NCBI RefSeq assembly: GCF_009914755.1
Contig: NC_060927.1
From: the human T2T-CHM13v2.0 reference genome, Homo sapiens
Reading direction: 5' to 3' (one strand)
Length of the DNA: 64,000 nucleotides
Every line of letters starts with the position of its first letter. Position 1 is the first letter of the stretch. The notes beneath the pieces were generated by a model that worked only from the letters and a program-made list of their open reading frames with translations, did no database searches and had not been told where the DNA came from. A program made the position numbers and the translations under genes. Positions 40,600 through 55,435 of this stretch are shown here, piece after piece.

Positions 40600-42420
40600 T
40601 GTCCTTTGCAAAGTAACTTCTGTCAACAGCAAAGCACTGATATACTCTAACTCTGCTCTAAATGTTCCCTTCATTCTCTTCCTGTAACTGAAATCTGGCT
40701 ATTCCATGACAACATCATTTCCCCTATAGCTCTTTCATGACACATTTTTGGCCTCTTAAGGACTTTACTACCAAAATTTCCACCCCCGTGACCCTTTCTC
40801 TGCATACAGATCCTCAATTACTAGTAATCATTTCATCTTCTTCAAAAAACAAAAACTAAAACTTGACATCCACATCTCACTCAACGTCCACCCCAGCTAC
40901 AATCTTCTCTCTGTTGCCCTCAACAACAAAACTTACAGAAAAGGTCTTTCATAGACAATATCACCACTTTCTTACCTATGTTTTTTCTTCACACCACCTA
41001 GGTTGAGCTCTCAGGCATATATCTTTATTGAGTCTATTCTTTTCAAGGTTATCAATGACCCATATGTTACCAAACTCATAGCTATCTCCTTCTTGAAATA
41101 CTTTCTTCCTTTGAATCCCCTGGTGTTCCTCTCATTACACCTCTCAGTCTCCTTACATAGCTCTCTCCTTCCCTGTTCAATCCCTAAGGTTGACATGTTC
41201 TAAGCCTGGTTCTGAACCCTGTTTTCACTGTCTAGAATTTAGTCACTATCTCTGTATATTCTCATCTAATTCTGCAACTTCAAATACTATCACTGTGATA
41301 GCCATCTTTCCAAAACACTAAATTGGTTATTCCACATGACTTCATGATATTTCCACTTATAATTCTAAAAGATATCATATAATTTTTTCCAAATATAACT
41401 TTTACCCCCATTTTCCTGTTGTTTTTATTTAATTTTAGTAAATTATCTACTAAGTTAAGTCAGAAATTCCTTCCTCAAAATTTTCACCAATCAAATAGCA
41501 ATTCCTTCACTCCACTTTCAGAATATATTCTAAATTCATTCACTTCTCAACATTTCAACTACTACCAACATGGCCACAGTGTGTACCTATGTGGATTGTG
41601 CACTGATCAAGGGTTTCTATCCATAGGTTAAGTCTCTGGGAAAATTTAGCTCTTGCTTCACTTGTTATCCCGGTGTTGAGTTGTGTATTTTTGATTATTA
41701 TATGCATTATTTTTATATAAATATTTTTCCTACTTTGAAAGCTTTGCACTGAAAGAATTATACTTTTCAAATTGCATAAAGAAGACATGCTGGCTGATCC
41801 CTAATACCAATCTAGTGCAAGTAACCATCATAACTTCTCCAGATAACTTTAACAACCTTCTGTCTTCTTTCTAGCTACTCTTTCCTCAATACAATTTCTT
41901 CAATACGACAATACATATAGCAGCCAAAATAAAATTGTAAATCAGAACATGTTGCTTCCTAGCTTAAAATCTTTCCCTGATTACAAAGTTCAACTTAATC
42001 AATATCTTGTTTGTTTATCCAAGCTCATCTTCTGTCATTTTAGAGATACTTGGTGCATCATCCCATGTAAGAAACTGTGGTTTAGGCCTCCCATTTTTCC
42101 TAACATGTTTACACCTCACTCTCTGGTTGTTGGCTCCTTCTCATCACTTAGAGATTAGCCTAATGGTTATATCCTTAAGGTTTTTCTCTGATGCTCCAAA
42201 CTAAAGTAGGCTCGCAATCACTATTAATTTAATATTTTGCAGTTTTTGTATTATTAATTTATTCTTTATTTCCCAATATATTTATTGTTTAGTCTATGTT
42301 TCTCTTCTCTAAAATAAAAGTTCCTTGCCTGTCGTGTTCACTGTCGTTTCTCAACATTTTGAATTGTGTGTAGCACATAGTAGACACTTGATAAATATTT
42401 GTTCAATGGTTGACTGAATA
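40600..42420 (+). mobile_element. L2 element, decayed
   Basis: C/T-rich L2 body and 3' end 'agcacatagtagacacttgataaatatttgttcaatggttgactgaat'. Confidence 0.75.
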
Positions 42421-43274
42421 TCTTAAGTGAATGTTTATTACGTCATATAGTGAATCATTGTGGAATATCTTTGTGTGTTTAATAGGGAAAAAAGGCAAAA
42501 ACAAATGCTTTTGCCTTTTACAAACAAGTATATATAAAAGTATATATTTATTACTTTATAAAAAAGTAATTTCTATAGTCATCTTATATACAATCTCTCC
42601 TCCCAAACCCATCTCAGTGTATGCCCAGAAATCAGAAACTTGTTAGAAAGGAAAATTCATTGTTAAAAAAAGAAAATTACGTTATTAGTTGGTTATTATG
42701 ATTATGGATGAGAGATATAAATTTGAGACTCATATAGTTTAGTAGCTTTTGAAACAGAGACAATAGAGAAAATTCTAAAGAGAAGAGAAGAGGAACTAAC
42801 ATAGTAAAATAAATTGATGACATGAGAAAGTCAGGAAGACAGAATAGTGTATAATCTCAGAGTGGAAGAAAGAGCAAAGTGTTTGTAATCAACTTTATAT
42901 GTGTATATGGATAGACATGCTTTAGTTACCAAACCTAGCTAATTTATGTTGTTACAAGATTTTTAAAAATTAACTACTGAGATGTAATTAATATCAAATG
43001 AGAATATTGATTTGTGATATTACCCCAGTTTTCCAAAGCCTTGAGCTTTTTTTAGTGAGACATTAATAAAATGGTAAGCATGTAATACAATATATTAAAC
43101 AACATTACCTGTTCAGCAATTGTTTCCTTGTCTGTCATACTTGATGAAACCTCAGTTCAAATTTTGTAGTCTGACTTTTTAATATGATAAATACGTTTTA
43201 ATAGTAGTCTTCACCTTAAATTTTAAAAGCACACAGGGATATTGTAATTCACTACTGCATGTCCTTATAGTGAA

Positions 43275-43490
43275 CTGATTAAGAAAGAGCAATTGAGTTC
43301 AAAATCCTAACTGTTGTGTATTAACAGTGTGACATTGGGAAAGCAATAAAATCTTCTTAAGTCCAAATTTTCTCACTTGCAAATGGATCTATGTTACTTT
43401 ATATTGTTGTTGTAAAAATAAGTGATGTAATATGTCTAAAGCTATGGAAACATTGCCTAGTACCACATAGCAATGCTAAATATATAGGAG
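43275..43490 (+). mobile_element. MIR
   Basis: 'gtgtgacattgggaaag...ttttctcacttgcaaatgg...cacatagcaatgctaaata'. Confidence 0.7.
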
Positions 43491-43769
43491 TTTTAATTTA
43501 TTTTAAACGTAAATTATTCCCAGGTTGAAAGACATTATTATACCCACGTTAAAAATGTCCGACACTGGTTTCAAAACGTGTGTCTGTGATACAGATTTTC
43601 CACATTACATTCCATGTAAGTATTTTTCTTCCATGATTGTAAACACCAACTATACCAAAAAATATATGAATTCCTTTAAAATCATAGGAATTATTGACAT
43701 AGATAAATGCACAAAAAGAGAAAAGTTTTCTAATAGACTCAGAGTTATATATGGTAGTAGAATATGCTG

Positions 43770-44230
43770 TTTTTCCACTGTTTTGGGCAACTGCTCCTCT
43801 CCTGCCTACCATCCCCATCCACTGCTTCAACCTTGTGGTTTGAATAAGGCTGACATCTTATAAGTCTCACCCTCTCTCCCTGATTAATTATAAAGAGTTG
43901 CATATTCAAATACCTTCTTCAGGAATTTTGAGATTGAAATTTAAGAAAGAAAAGTAGTTCTTCTCAGATAGTGAGGGAAGGAATATGAATACAGAAGCAT
44001 CTGGTAGTCAGTGATGTCCACAGTGCAGAAAAAGTTTATCTGCAGAAGGCGGGTCTAAACTTGACAATATAGAATGGAGGGAGAACCTAGACATGTTCCT
44101 TTTTTTATTTATGGCTGTCCCTGGAGTCAGTAGCTCCTATGACTTTTGGTGGTTTGTTTTCATCAACAAATATACTCCCCATTTTGGCCTAAGTTTGTTC
44201 AAGTGGATTTCCTTCAATCAAAAAAAAGTG
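43770..44230 (+). mobile_element. Possible old ERVL LTR (LTR33/LTR16-like)
   Basis: Weak resemblance: 'ggcctaagtttgttcaagtggattt...caatcaaaa' 3' end. Confidence 0.35.
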
Positions 44231-46760
44231 TTCTATAAAATGTTTATTGTCTAACATTACTATGTATAATTAATTTATTTGAAGAGCAAAGCAAAACATA
44301 ATAAAACAAAGCTATCTTCACATCATATTATTTATATTTGAGAATTTCTGGGTGGAAAATCAAACTTTGTACAATAACGATTATATTTGGAGAGCAATAC
44401 ATTGAGCTTCAGGAATGTGCATTTCTTATATTGTTAATTTTTCCTTTAAGAAGGAAATATGAATGATATTTGTTTTCCCCAAAGAGTATAAAATAATTTG
44501 CACTGATTAGAATTGGCTCTTCTAACCCCAAAGTGCTCTGTTCTAGAAGCTGCAGAAACAAAGAATTTAGTAATTTACAATAATGATGCAACTGTTACTA
44601 GTTATTTGCCTTATTCGTGGATTTATCTCATTCTTTTTTCAATTTGCTTAGAAATGTAACGAGCTTACAATATGACAAGACTCTTGGATTTATTATTAAA
44701 GATCCAACAATTGTCAGCTATTTTTACCTCCTAAATGTTTTTTACACTCTTCCATTTCCACCAGTAAAATATTTGAATTGTTATATATGATCACATATAG
44801 AGATTTTCAAAATACAATTTCCCAATACTTTACCATGTAGTTTATTTTTTAAAAAAGTATTTGAACTTACTACTGCTAAACATAAAGCACTGTCACCAAT
44901 TCAATGCAAAAGTGGAAAAGAAAGTAACACTCAACATTTAAGCAGCTATGTGCCATTATTTGCAAGCTATTCTGTTTCTAAAAAGAAGATTAGAGTAGTG
45001 GTTTATAAACAAAAGAAACACTCAAAAATATTTATTTTGTTTTTTACTGGAATGTGGCATCAGTACATTTACCCAGGAATGATTTTATAGCCATTTTTTG
45101 TTTCGGACTATGTAGAAAATACAAAAAAATAAAAAATAAAATTTCTTTCTTTTTCTCTAAAGCACATACAAACAGGACTTCTTTTACTGGAAAAGACTCA
45201 GATGCTTCCCTCAGCGATGACTATAAATGCTGGACTGCACTTACACATTGAACAGTGAGCATGCTGTTTGATGGCTTTGAATCATCTTTGAGTTTTTCCT
45301 GTCTACAATCCTTAATACTCCAGAGGCTTTTGCCCTCTCCTCCTCTGCTGCACACACAAACTCTTGTTTCTTAATTTGGCCTTTAGCTATGTGCTGCCTC
45401 ATGTTACTTTCTTTTCCATATACAGGCTCTGAAGGAATTACCTCTGTTTTATACTGCTAGTATTGGCTTGACCATGAGATAGTAACTCAATGTTTTACAG
45501 TCGAACATTGAATAATATGAGTACCACAACTACTATAATAAATAAAATACTAGGCAGAAATTTTTTTAACTCGATTGAGTAAAAGGTATTGTTTTGCTAA
45601 TTTTACTGATTCAGATACCAGAACAGTGCTATCAGATGTGGTATACCAATCCAGATACTATCTATGAAGAGAGGTTCTTTACTGTATATTTATGGAAAGG
45701 ATAAAATCAGAAATGTAAGTTTACTTAAAATTACTAAATTCACACTCTAAGATGAGGTTAATATACATTTTACTGTAAATTTCGCATAGACTAACAGATA
45801 AAAACTGAGATTCAATAGATTCTGATGCAATTTTACAGCTCATATAAAGTTTCTTCTTATATATTATATAATTGTTCTGTAAATATTGTCCCATATATAA
45901 TTTATTGCTGTATGCTAAGAATGTAGTAGAAAAGGAAAAGAATTCCTTGCACACGTATGCCTAGGAGAATAATCTTTGAATTTGCTCTTCTTTCACTTTC
46001 TAAATTCAATTAATCCTGCTGCTTTTCTGGGTTTATCTACCATAGGCAACCACTTTCATCTAATCAACCCTCCATATTATAATTTGCAGGATGTAACTTT
46101 GTTAAAAAGGCATTTCCCCATATACTTAATGTGAAGTCTGTGGCTTTTTAACGTATTAATTCAAGAATAGCTTCTTTCCATGTTTCATGACTTTGAGTTT
46201 CTGTCTCTTGTGTACCACCTACTGATATGGGAAACTCAATACAAATTTTGTAGAATAAATGTATGAGGGTCCTTATAGTAGAAGTAGTAACTTTCGGATG
46301 AAGATTCCATCTGAAAAAACTAACCACCTCCCTAACTGGATAGAAATAGATATTGGGAAGTAAGAAAGCTCCCTAAAAGCATAGCTCAGTGGTCTAGACA
46401 CTAGACGATATTACGGTGGCTGCATCATATAGATGCATCTTCATTTTGAAGTGCTTTTAAAAATGTACTTTATATGACTGTTAAAATTTAACTAGTGTAT
46501 ATAAAATACTATGCAAATAGTAAATGACCAACAAATAGTAAAAGCATCATTATTCATCATTAGATGAAATCTATTTCTGTGTTATTTTGGGTTGAAAGAC
46601 AGGTGGCTGCTGAAATCATTTTGCAATCCAACTCCTTTCCCTTCCTACTTCTAGTGTGTCAGAAATAAGTTAATTTGCATCTTACTGAAAGGGGATGTGC
46701 TTATGATTATCTTGAAGATAAGGGAAGAAATCTTCAAAATACTTGTAGGCTATTTAATAA

Positions 46761-47091
<331 letters not shown>

Positions 47092-47677
47092 TCCAGTATT
47101 CTTAAACTGATTTGTAGGTGGGATTTGCATCTACTTACTTTACGTGATATACAATAGAGTACGTTTAAGGCAATGTTATTCAGAGATGTATTTATACAGT
47201 GACATACACGATTCCATCTGCAGTCATTTATTTTCAGCCTACACATTTTTAAATGTTTGTAGAATTATTCCCCTAAACATGATCATACAATTTCTCGATT
47301 GATTTTCTTACTTCTCTATACAGTCATGAAAGACAAAAGATAAGATTTTTTTTTTCAATTTCCTATCCATAATTTTACATGTTGGTAGAGAAACAAAAAC
47401 TTATGATAGTATTTTTTGGTATTGTTTTGATGTATTCTGGGATGGTCATGCTTTATGACACAAATTGAATTCCATGGCATGCTTTGAAATAATGATGTGG
47501 AACAAAATACTCTTCATATTCTAAAATTTCTGATTTTGCTTCCCTTTCATTTCTTTGACTAAGGACATTTTCATTTAATATAAAAATTATTGAAAATTTT
47601 ATTTTATGGGCAGTGTGGGAGAAAGGGGTTACAATTAGTAGATTATATATATTACAATGTTTAAAAAAATTGATCAT

Positions 47678-48030
47678 CATCTTAGTCAGTTTGAGCTGCT
47701 GTAACTAAGTATTATAGGCTGGGTAGCTGATAAACAACAAAAATTTATTACTCACAGTCTGGACACTCAGAAAACCAAGATCAATGCACCAGCAGTTTTG
47801 GTGAGGGCCCATTTCCTGGTTTCCGACAGCTGTTTTCCTCACATGGCAGAAAAAGAGGAGAGAGCTCTCTGGGGTCTCTTTTATAAGGGCACTAATCCCA
47901 TTCATGAGGGCTCTCCACTCATGAGCTAATTATTTCCCAAAGGTCCCATGTCCTAATACTATTACACTGAGGATTAGGACTTCAACTATGAATTTGCAAG
48001 TGGAACACAAACATTTCCATCCATAATAAC
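47678..48030 (-). mobile_element. MSTD/MLT1A-like MaLR LTR
   Basis: 'tcttagtc...gctgctgtaac...ttttataagggcactaatcccattcatgagggctc...aacacaaacatt'. Confidence 0.85.
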
Positions 48031-49657
48031 CTGTTATTTGGATGGAATGAGTTTGGAAACATTACAGCATGGGGGAAACTATACAATTATAGGAATAAGA
48101 CATCTGGCCCAATTCAAAGAGGATTACTTGCAACAACAGACTCACATAGGTGGGAAGCATGGATTTGAGGAGAATCCTCATGAGCAGTCATTTGGTGGGA
48201 AGAAGCAGCAGAGCAAGACTACTTGGAAGAGCAGAAATAAGTAATAGCAAAGGACAACTACGTTTAACTTTTGAATGTGCACTTAAGGTTTCATAGGCAA
48301 AATGGTAGGCCACCGTGAGAGAGAAAAAAGACTGATGAGAAACATGTACATTAAACTTTGTGACTAATAATATCATATGCAGGAGTTTCCCAGCCATCAG
48401 CACTGTCCCTGAAGACCATTTATACCTCACAGCATTAATATTCATTAGGTGAAACACCATATGTTGCACAGCAGGGTGCATTGCCAACAGACTGTTTGTC
48501 ATAGAGTCAGATTTAATAAAGCATTGTAAAACAAACATTATGATGATAAATACAAAATGACAGGCTAATTAAGAGAATCTTAATTGCCATTTTCCATAAT
48601 AACATTTGTTTAGTTGTATCTGTCTTGGTGCTAGTGTTCTTCTTGTTCCATTTTCCTTCCATGCACATTTTCCATCACCTGCCTCCAAGGGAAAATCATG
48701 CCACATATGATTTAAAGTACTTAATGCCTCCTTTTCTCTTCCCACAAGTTGATTATAAGTTAATGAATAGCTGTGTGCCATCAATGTTCACAAATATTAA
48801 CCTTTAATTCTACAGGCATGGAAAGTATGTCTAATGAAGGTTGTGTACTCACTTGCTCTGTGAAATAATAAGTTGCAGAAATCAGTTCATACTCTAAAGC
48901 CAAATATCACCTGTGATTTTTCATAAAATATCTGGGGTTAACTTTTTTTCAGCCTGAAGAAAGCCATCCTAGATTTCTGACACCGAATTTTTGTTGTTGT
49001 TGTTTAAAGAAGGCCTGAACTCCTATCAAATTTCATTGACTAGCTGTCCAGCCAGGCAAAGAGCCAGATAATTTACTTCCCTTACATCCTATTATTAAAC
49101 AGAGGCTCTCTAATCTTCACCCATGCCTTCTGTACAATATTTTCCATGCTTTCTTATTGGCATAGACTACAGATGGTGATACTACCATATTTAGTCATTT
49201 GAAAAATAAATATTTTATTTGTTCTCCCCTTCCTTTATAAAATGATATTTAAAATGGGTATATTCTTGTTGCTTTTTAAAAACAGGAGATTGCTAAGAAG
49301 TCAGAATAGTCTCTAGGAAAAAGATGACTAGCCAGCTCTCAAGAGTTTTACTGTATTTCCTTGGTACTGTTATTAGAATGAAAGTCCTGGTTCTCAGCTT
49401 TGCAGTATTACCCAATGATCAGACTGAAGGAAATTCAAAATCAAGGGCATGCTGGTAAATATTTAATAACCAGCACTCAGATGAGGAAAAAATATACTCT
49501 GAGTTGCAGGATTTGTTGATCTCAAGCCACCAATAAGATGCCACTTAACAGGAAGTTGAAAAGACTGTCAAGAGTGTTGCTGTACTGTACAAATGTACAA
49601 CGGATTGTCATTGGGCAGTCATCATATCTTGATTTCCCATTTTGAGGTCCATAGAGA

Positions 49658-49912
49658 AATATATATATATATATATACACACATATATATATACACGTGT
49701 GTGTTTATATATATATATGTGTATATATACACGTGTATATATAGGCGTATTATATACTTGTACATATATGCGTATTATATACACACATATATACATATAT
49801 ACATATATACATATATACACGTATATATACACATATATATATACACACACATATATACATATATATACACACGTATATATATATATACACACACACATAT
49901 ATATATACATAT
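49658..49912. repeat. (TA)n/(CA)n compound microsatellite
   Basis: About 250 bp of mostly alternating purine-pyrimidine sequence. Confidence 0.95.
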
Positions 49913-50584
49913 TTTTCCATGGTTCAGGGAAAATTTCTTATCTCAGGGTCTGGCAACATAATAATAATAAAAATAATAAAATCTAAATAATAATAAACAT
50001 ACATAAAATTATAGAATTTCAAAGGTGATTAAATTGGTACAAATAAACTCCAACTAGAATTATGATAATGAGACAGAAAAAAAATACAATGGCTTCTGAA
50101 ACACAGTGTTAAAAATTTCCCAAATATATATTTAAAAAGTGAGTAGACATGCTTAAAATAATTCTTCCAAAAATATTTTTCTTGAGAAACATTGATGGCA
50201 TTTTGTTAATATTTGTCTAGCTTATAAAAAATAAAGTATTTATTTAAAATGAGATTTTTAAAATTATTAAGTTGATTTTGGGAGAAAGAGGCAGAAGCAG
50301 ACATATCTACTGTTAAAATGTTTAAGAAGTCAAGTGGGAACCACTGGTTTTAACAAACTAATCTGGAAACTTCTCAAATCCCCCAAAAATGGCCTATAAA
50401 TTCTTCAGTGTATTATATAGCAGAATTAAAAGTAAGCTGAATTTGGATAGTTACACTTGAATTGATGGTTATTGGATATTTCCCTGCCCAAACATGTGAA
50501 TCTTTACAGCATATAACTTTATATAGTTTTTAGAAAGCATACAATTCTAAACTTCATTACTTTTCTAATCATTATAATTAAACT

Positions 50585-50750
50585 TGGGTTTGAATCTTCG
50601 ATCCACCACTTGCTAGTTTTTTAACTTTCATAAGAAACTTACTTTTCCTAAGCATAGTTTCATAATGGGTAAAATAATGACACTAGGTACATATTAGATA
50701 TGCAAAGTGTTTAACATAGGAAATGTAGCTGAAAGTAAATTGTCATTATT
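50585..50750 (+). mobile_element. MIR fragment
   Basis: 'tgggtttgaatcttcgatccaccacttgctag'. Confidence 0.55.
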
Positions 50751-51408
50751 ATTATTTATACTATTTAAATAGTTGCAATTACGTTTGATAGTGAAAAGTA
50801 GAAATACAAAATTTTACTTTTTTTCTTTTTTTTTTTGAGAACCTTGTATGATGGACTCATCTTTCCATTGGCACTAACATATTTTCCGGTTGCTATCGTA
50901 CCCTTCGCAGTGTGGCATCTATATTTTCACAGTTCTGTTTTTTGCTATGAGACCAGTTCAGTAAAGAAATGATCTGGGTATTATTCAGCTTAGAGCTTAG
51001 CTACAGTGCATTTCTAATAAAATTATAGAAAACCGTATAAACCAATGTCACTATCTTTGTTGTAAACAATTGCTATAGATTATATCACTTATGTGGCCAA
51101 TTAACATAAAAACGGTAACTGGAGGACTACGGAAGTGTTTTGAATTTGTACAAATCTACTCCTCTTACTAGACTACTCAATGAGTTTATTATTCTAACAA
51201 ATTAATCTACATTTTTGAAATATAATATTATTTTCTCTATTCAATAACTTTGATAAAAGCGCAGATATATTCAGTGCAACAACAGAGGTTCTAGCAATTG
51301 TATCTTACTTGTACATTCAATATAGTTTTGTTTTCCTAATGCTTTTCTTCATGTTATAAAGTTCACATCCTAATTGACCTTAAGTTTGTAATATTCCTTT
51401 TCTTCTTA

Positions 51409-52036
<628 letters not shown>

Positions 52037-55000
52037 AGTAATGAAGCAGTTTCAAAAAACAATAGTTTCATCATTTCTATCTTCTTTCTTAGAATAAATT
52101 TTAAGCAACTAAAATATATTTTAAAACTTATGACAAAGTGCCAAGAAATAAAGACATAAATTGTCAGAATTAATAAGTACCATATCTCCTTTAATGCATT
52201 GTATGAAGGTAGTAAGGGTCATAAGTGACCCCCTGAAAAAAGAGTATTTGAGGACATTACACACACACAACAAAAAGCAAAAGTGACAAAAAAATTGAGG
52301 AGAAAATCTCACATGGGTTACATGACAATTGCCCTCAGTTCCTAAATAATATTCTAAACGTACTTATTAAACTAAGAAAAGTGTACAAACAATTCTGAAA
52401 TAGAATCAGAATGTTCAAGCATGTCTTCTGCTTTTGAAATAATGAGAAAGATAGAGGAAAAACATAGTAGATGTATTTATTGGGTCAAAAGGAGCCTCCT
52501 CCTACCCACCACCAAAAATAATTTTTAATTACAATTGCTCTACAATCAAAGTTATAATTTTTCTTTCCATGAACAAGTTTCATAAATGTTTGCCCTTTAT
52601 GAATTCTATATTCTTGTTGTTTAAATCAGAAATTTATTTTTATTTTTAATTCAGACTCAATATTTAGAACACATTTATGAAATGATAGGCTTAAGTGACT
52701 TAAATGTAATAATATCTTTGTTATGAAGGTGATTACATTAAACAGTTAAATCATTAGGCTAAGCAAGTTTAGTCATACTTAAAATAAAATGGCTGGTATA
52801 TAAACTTCATAAGTGGAAAAAGAATCTTTAAACTGTATAAACTAAGAATAAAACCTACTTTGCCACATTAGTGGAATTTTATTGCCCTAATCTGATTGTA
52901 ATTTATGTAAAATCTAAAGCTTGCTCACAAGTAATAGAGGATATGTTTATTAATCCAATCCTTTTGACTTAATTTATTAATTAAATTACCTCAAGGGAAG
53001 CATCCACTTACTTTGCCTCTGTGTGATTCAGCATTGTTTTATGTATTTTCAGAATTTGTTAGATGTTTGGTTATAAAGATCAATTGTTTTTGGTATAAAA
53101 ACTCTGAGTCCATTCTCTGGGCATTACATTTAGTCAGAGAAGAAACACACCATTTCTACTTTTTAAAAGCTCATAGCATCAAGCTAATCTCAGAAACATC
53201 CACCTGAAATTGATTTCAATAAACTGGACCTACACGTGAGGCAGAGCATAGAAGTTTAAAGAAAGCCAAACTCTTTACTTCTTGGCAGCTTTTACTACTA
53301 ATTATGCCATGAGCTCATCTTTAACTATGAGAGCAGCCTAGTCTCTAAGCTTGGCATTGCCACCATGAGGAGCATCAGGTTTCCACAGCAGCTCATGCTC
53401 CATCTGGATCCTTTTCTTGCCGTTGGAATGGAGTAAACTTGATGACTCAGTGAGCCAAGCACCCTCTACCACTTAAGTAATTCCTTGGCAACAAACAAAA
53501 TGTTGGTACCTCTATGGGTTCACTAAAATGTAGTATCCTGAAACTATAGATTATTAAATTGCACTTGTTTGAACACACACACACACACAGATTACTAGTT
53601 TTCACATTTCCTGCAGATAGGCAAAAGACTTCGTATTTTTACATTTACATTTATTCTATCCATTCTTTTGCTGTTTCTGCTGATATAATGTGATTGCAGT
53701 TATGTTTTAGATACCTAATATTTAGCAGCCTAAAGGAAGTATTTTTATGTTAACTATACAGAGAATAATACATGAAGGACACCTAAAATTAATATTTAGA
53801 AAACCGAAGCTAAAATTTAAGAATTATGAGAGAAGGAGATATTAAAACCAATATCAGAGCAATACTAATTAAAATAACATAGAATTTGTACAAATAAAAA
53901 TGACCAATGAAAGAATACTTTCCATTTCATGAAATATATATATACAAAAGTAATATGTAATAAAGTGTCATAAAGCAATGTGAAATAAATGAATTCTAAT
54001 AAATTATGCTGAGAAAATTGTCTAAAGGAAAAGAAAAATTATGACTTCTTCACCTTCTGTGTGTCATGATAAATTTGACTAGCTCAGCCATTACTCATCT
54101 TTCTTCACTTTCACAGAATTCGTGTAACATACATCATTTTCCTGAAATATTTGTTATTTCACAGTAAAGGATATCTATACATTAATTATGACTAAAATGT
54201 TGGAACTTTTTTAGTGGGCAGGCTCCAGTGTTATAGCTGATAATTTCCAGTTATCTAACTCTAATGTCAATCCTATAAATTAGTGGTAGTGAATATTTGC
54301 CTGATTTTTATGCATTGAGATTATCTAACCAAACCATCTAAGCAAGATTGCAAAACAAAAACTTTTTTGTACCCAAAATAAGAGAGTTCAGGCAAATTAC
54401 AAAAATAATTAATGAACGCTGTAAACTACTTGACAAAATATTATAGTATTAGGAATTTTGTATTTCTCAACCCACCATCAGTCTGTGCGAGGAAGACAGA
54501 AAGAAAACAATTGTTGTCAGCCTTCTGCATTTGTGTTCTGTTTGTTTTTGTTTCACGTTATGTTGCATTTTGTCTTTTTTATGGTGGATTATATGGACTC
54601 ATTTCCAAATATGGTAGCTATCTTGCATTCCCAGGATAAATTGCACTTTTAGTCATGTCTATGATTTTTTAAATGTATATTTCTGGATTTTTTCCAGATC
54701 TTATTTATAACATAGCATGGAGTTTTCCATCAGAAGTCTTCCTTGTGTTAATTTCTCTAACTTTGTTCACATCCCTTATCAAAGTTTTTGGTCTTGAATT
54801 TGGACTTTGTAGGCTTTTATCATAATAGCATTATCTCAACACAAGTGCCTTTAAATTTACTATGAATATCCTTTAGTAGATTTAGAATGAACAAGTTAAC
54901 CAGAATAGTTATACACATAGGAGGAGAGAGATAAGAACAACAGTTATAAAAGCAAGAAATAAATAATAACTACTTACCTCAGGTGTAACACATTTAAGTT

Positions 55001-55234
55001 TACAGAACTATAACTTTATTTTGTTATAATTAACTCTTCCTACTTTGGGCCCCAATCCCACTTAACTTCTAGGAAACATTTACATTTGTCTCCTCAGCAA
55101 TGTTTCTGGTGAATGTGTGTAAGACAAAAGGGCAGAGGGGAGCTGAGGAGAAGACTGTGGAGTATTCAGACTTTCTGAGGCAGGGGAGCATCTTTCTCAG
55201 ATGGTCATCCACACAGCTCACCACCAAGATGTCT

Positions 55235-55435
55235 TTTCTTCCTGTGTTTTCTGCCTGCCTTATCTGTGCCTATCTCTCAGAAGTCCTGGAGTCCAGTCAG
55301 TATTTCACAATATTCCAGAGGGCCAAAAAGACTTTGACAGGCTGTTGCTGTCACACTTCAAAACCACAAAGAGAAGCCCTTCCTTCTCTTCAGCGTTCCC
55401 ACCTCCCCATTGCACATGGCCCCCCTGGGGAAACT
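55235..55435. promoter_or_regulatory. Candidate enhancer/promoter (TF motif cluster)
   Basis: ETS cttcctgt 55238, GATA cttatct 55259 and ctatct 55270, inverted TGACAG pair 55335/55348, RUNX aaccaca 55362, EBF-like cccctgggga ~55422; motif matches only. Confidence 0.35.

Noticed and set aside
49593-49986. Three 100-122 aa Y/I/H/T ORFs
   Set aside because: Dinucleotide microsatellite translation
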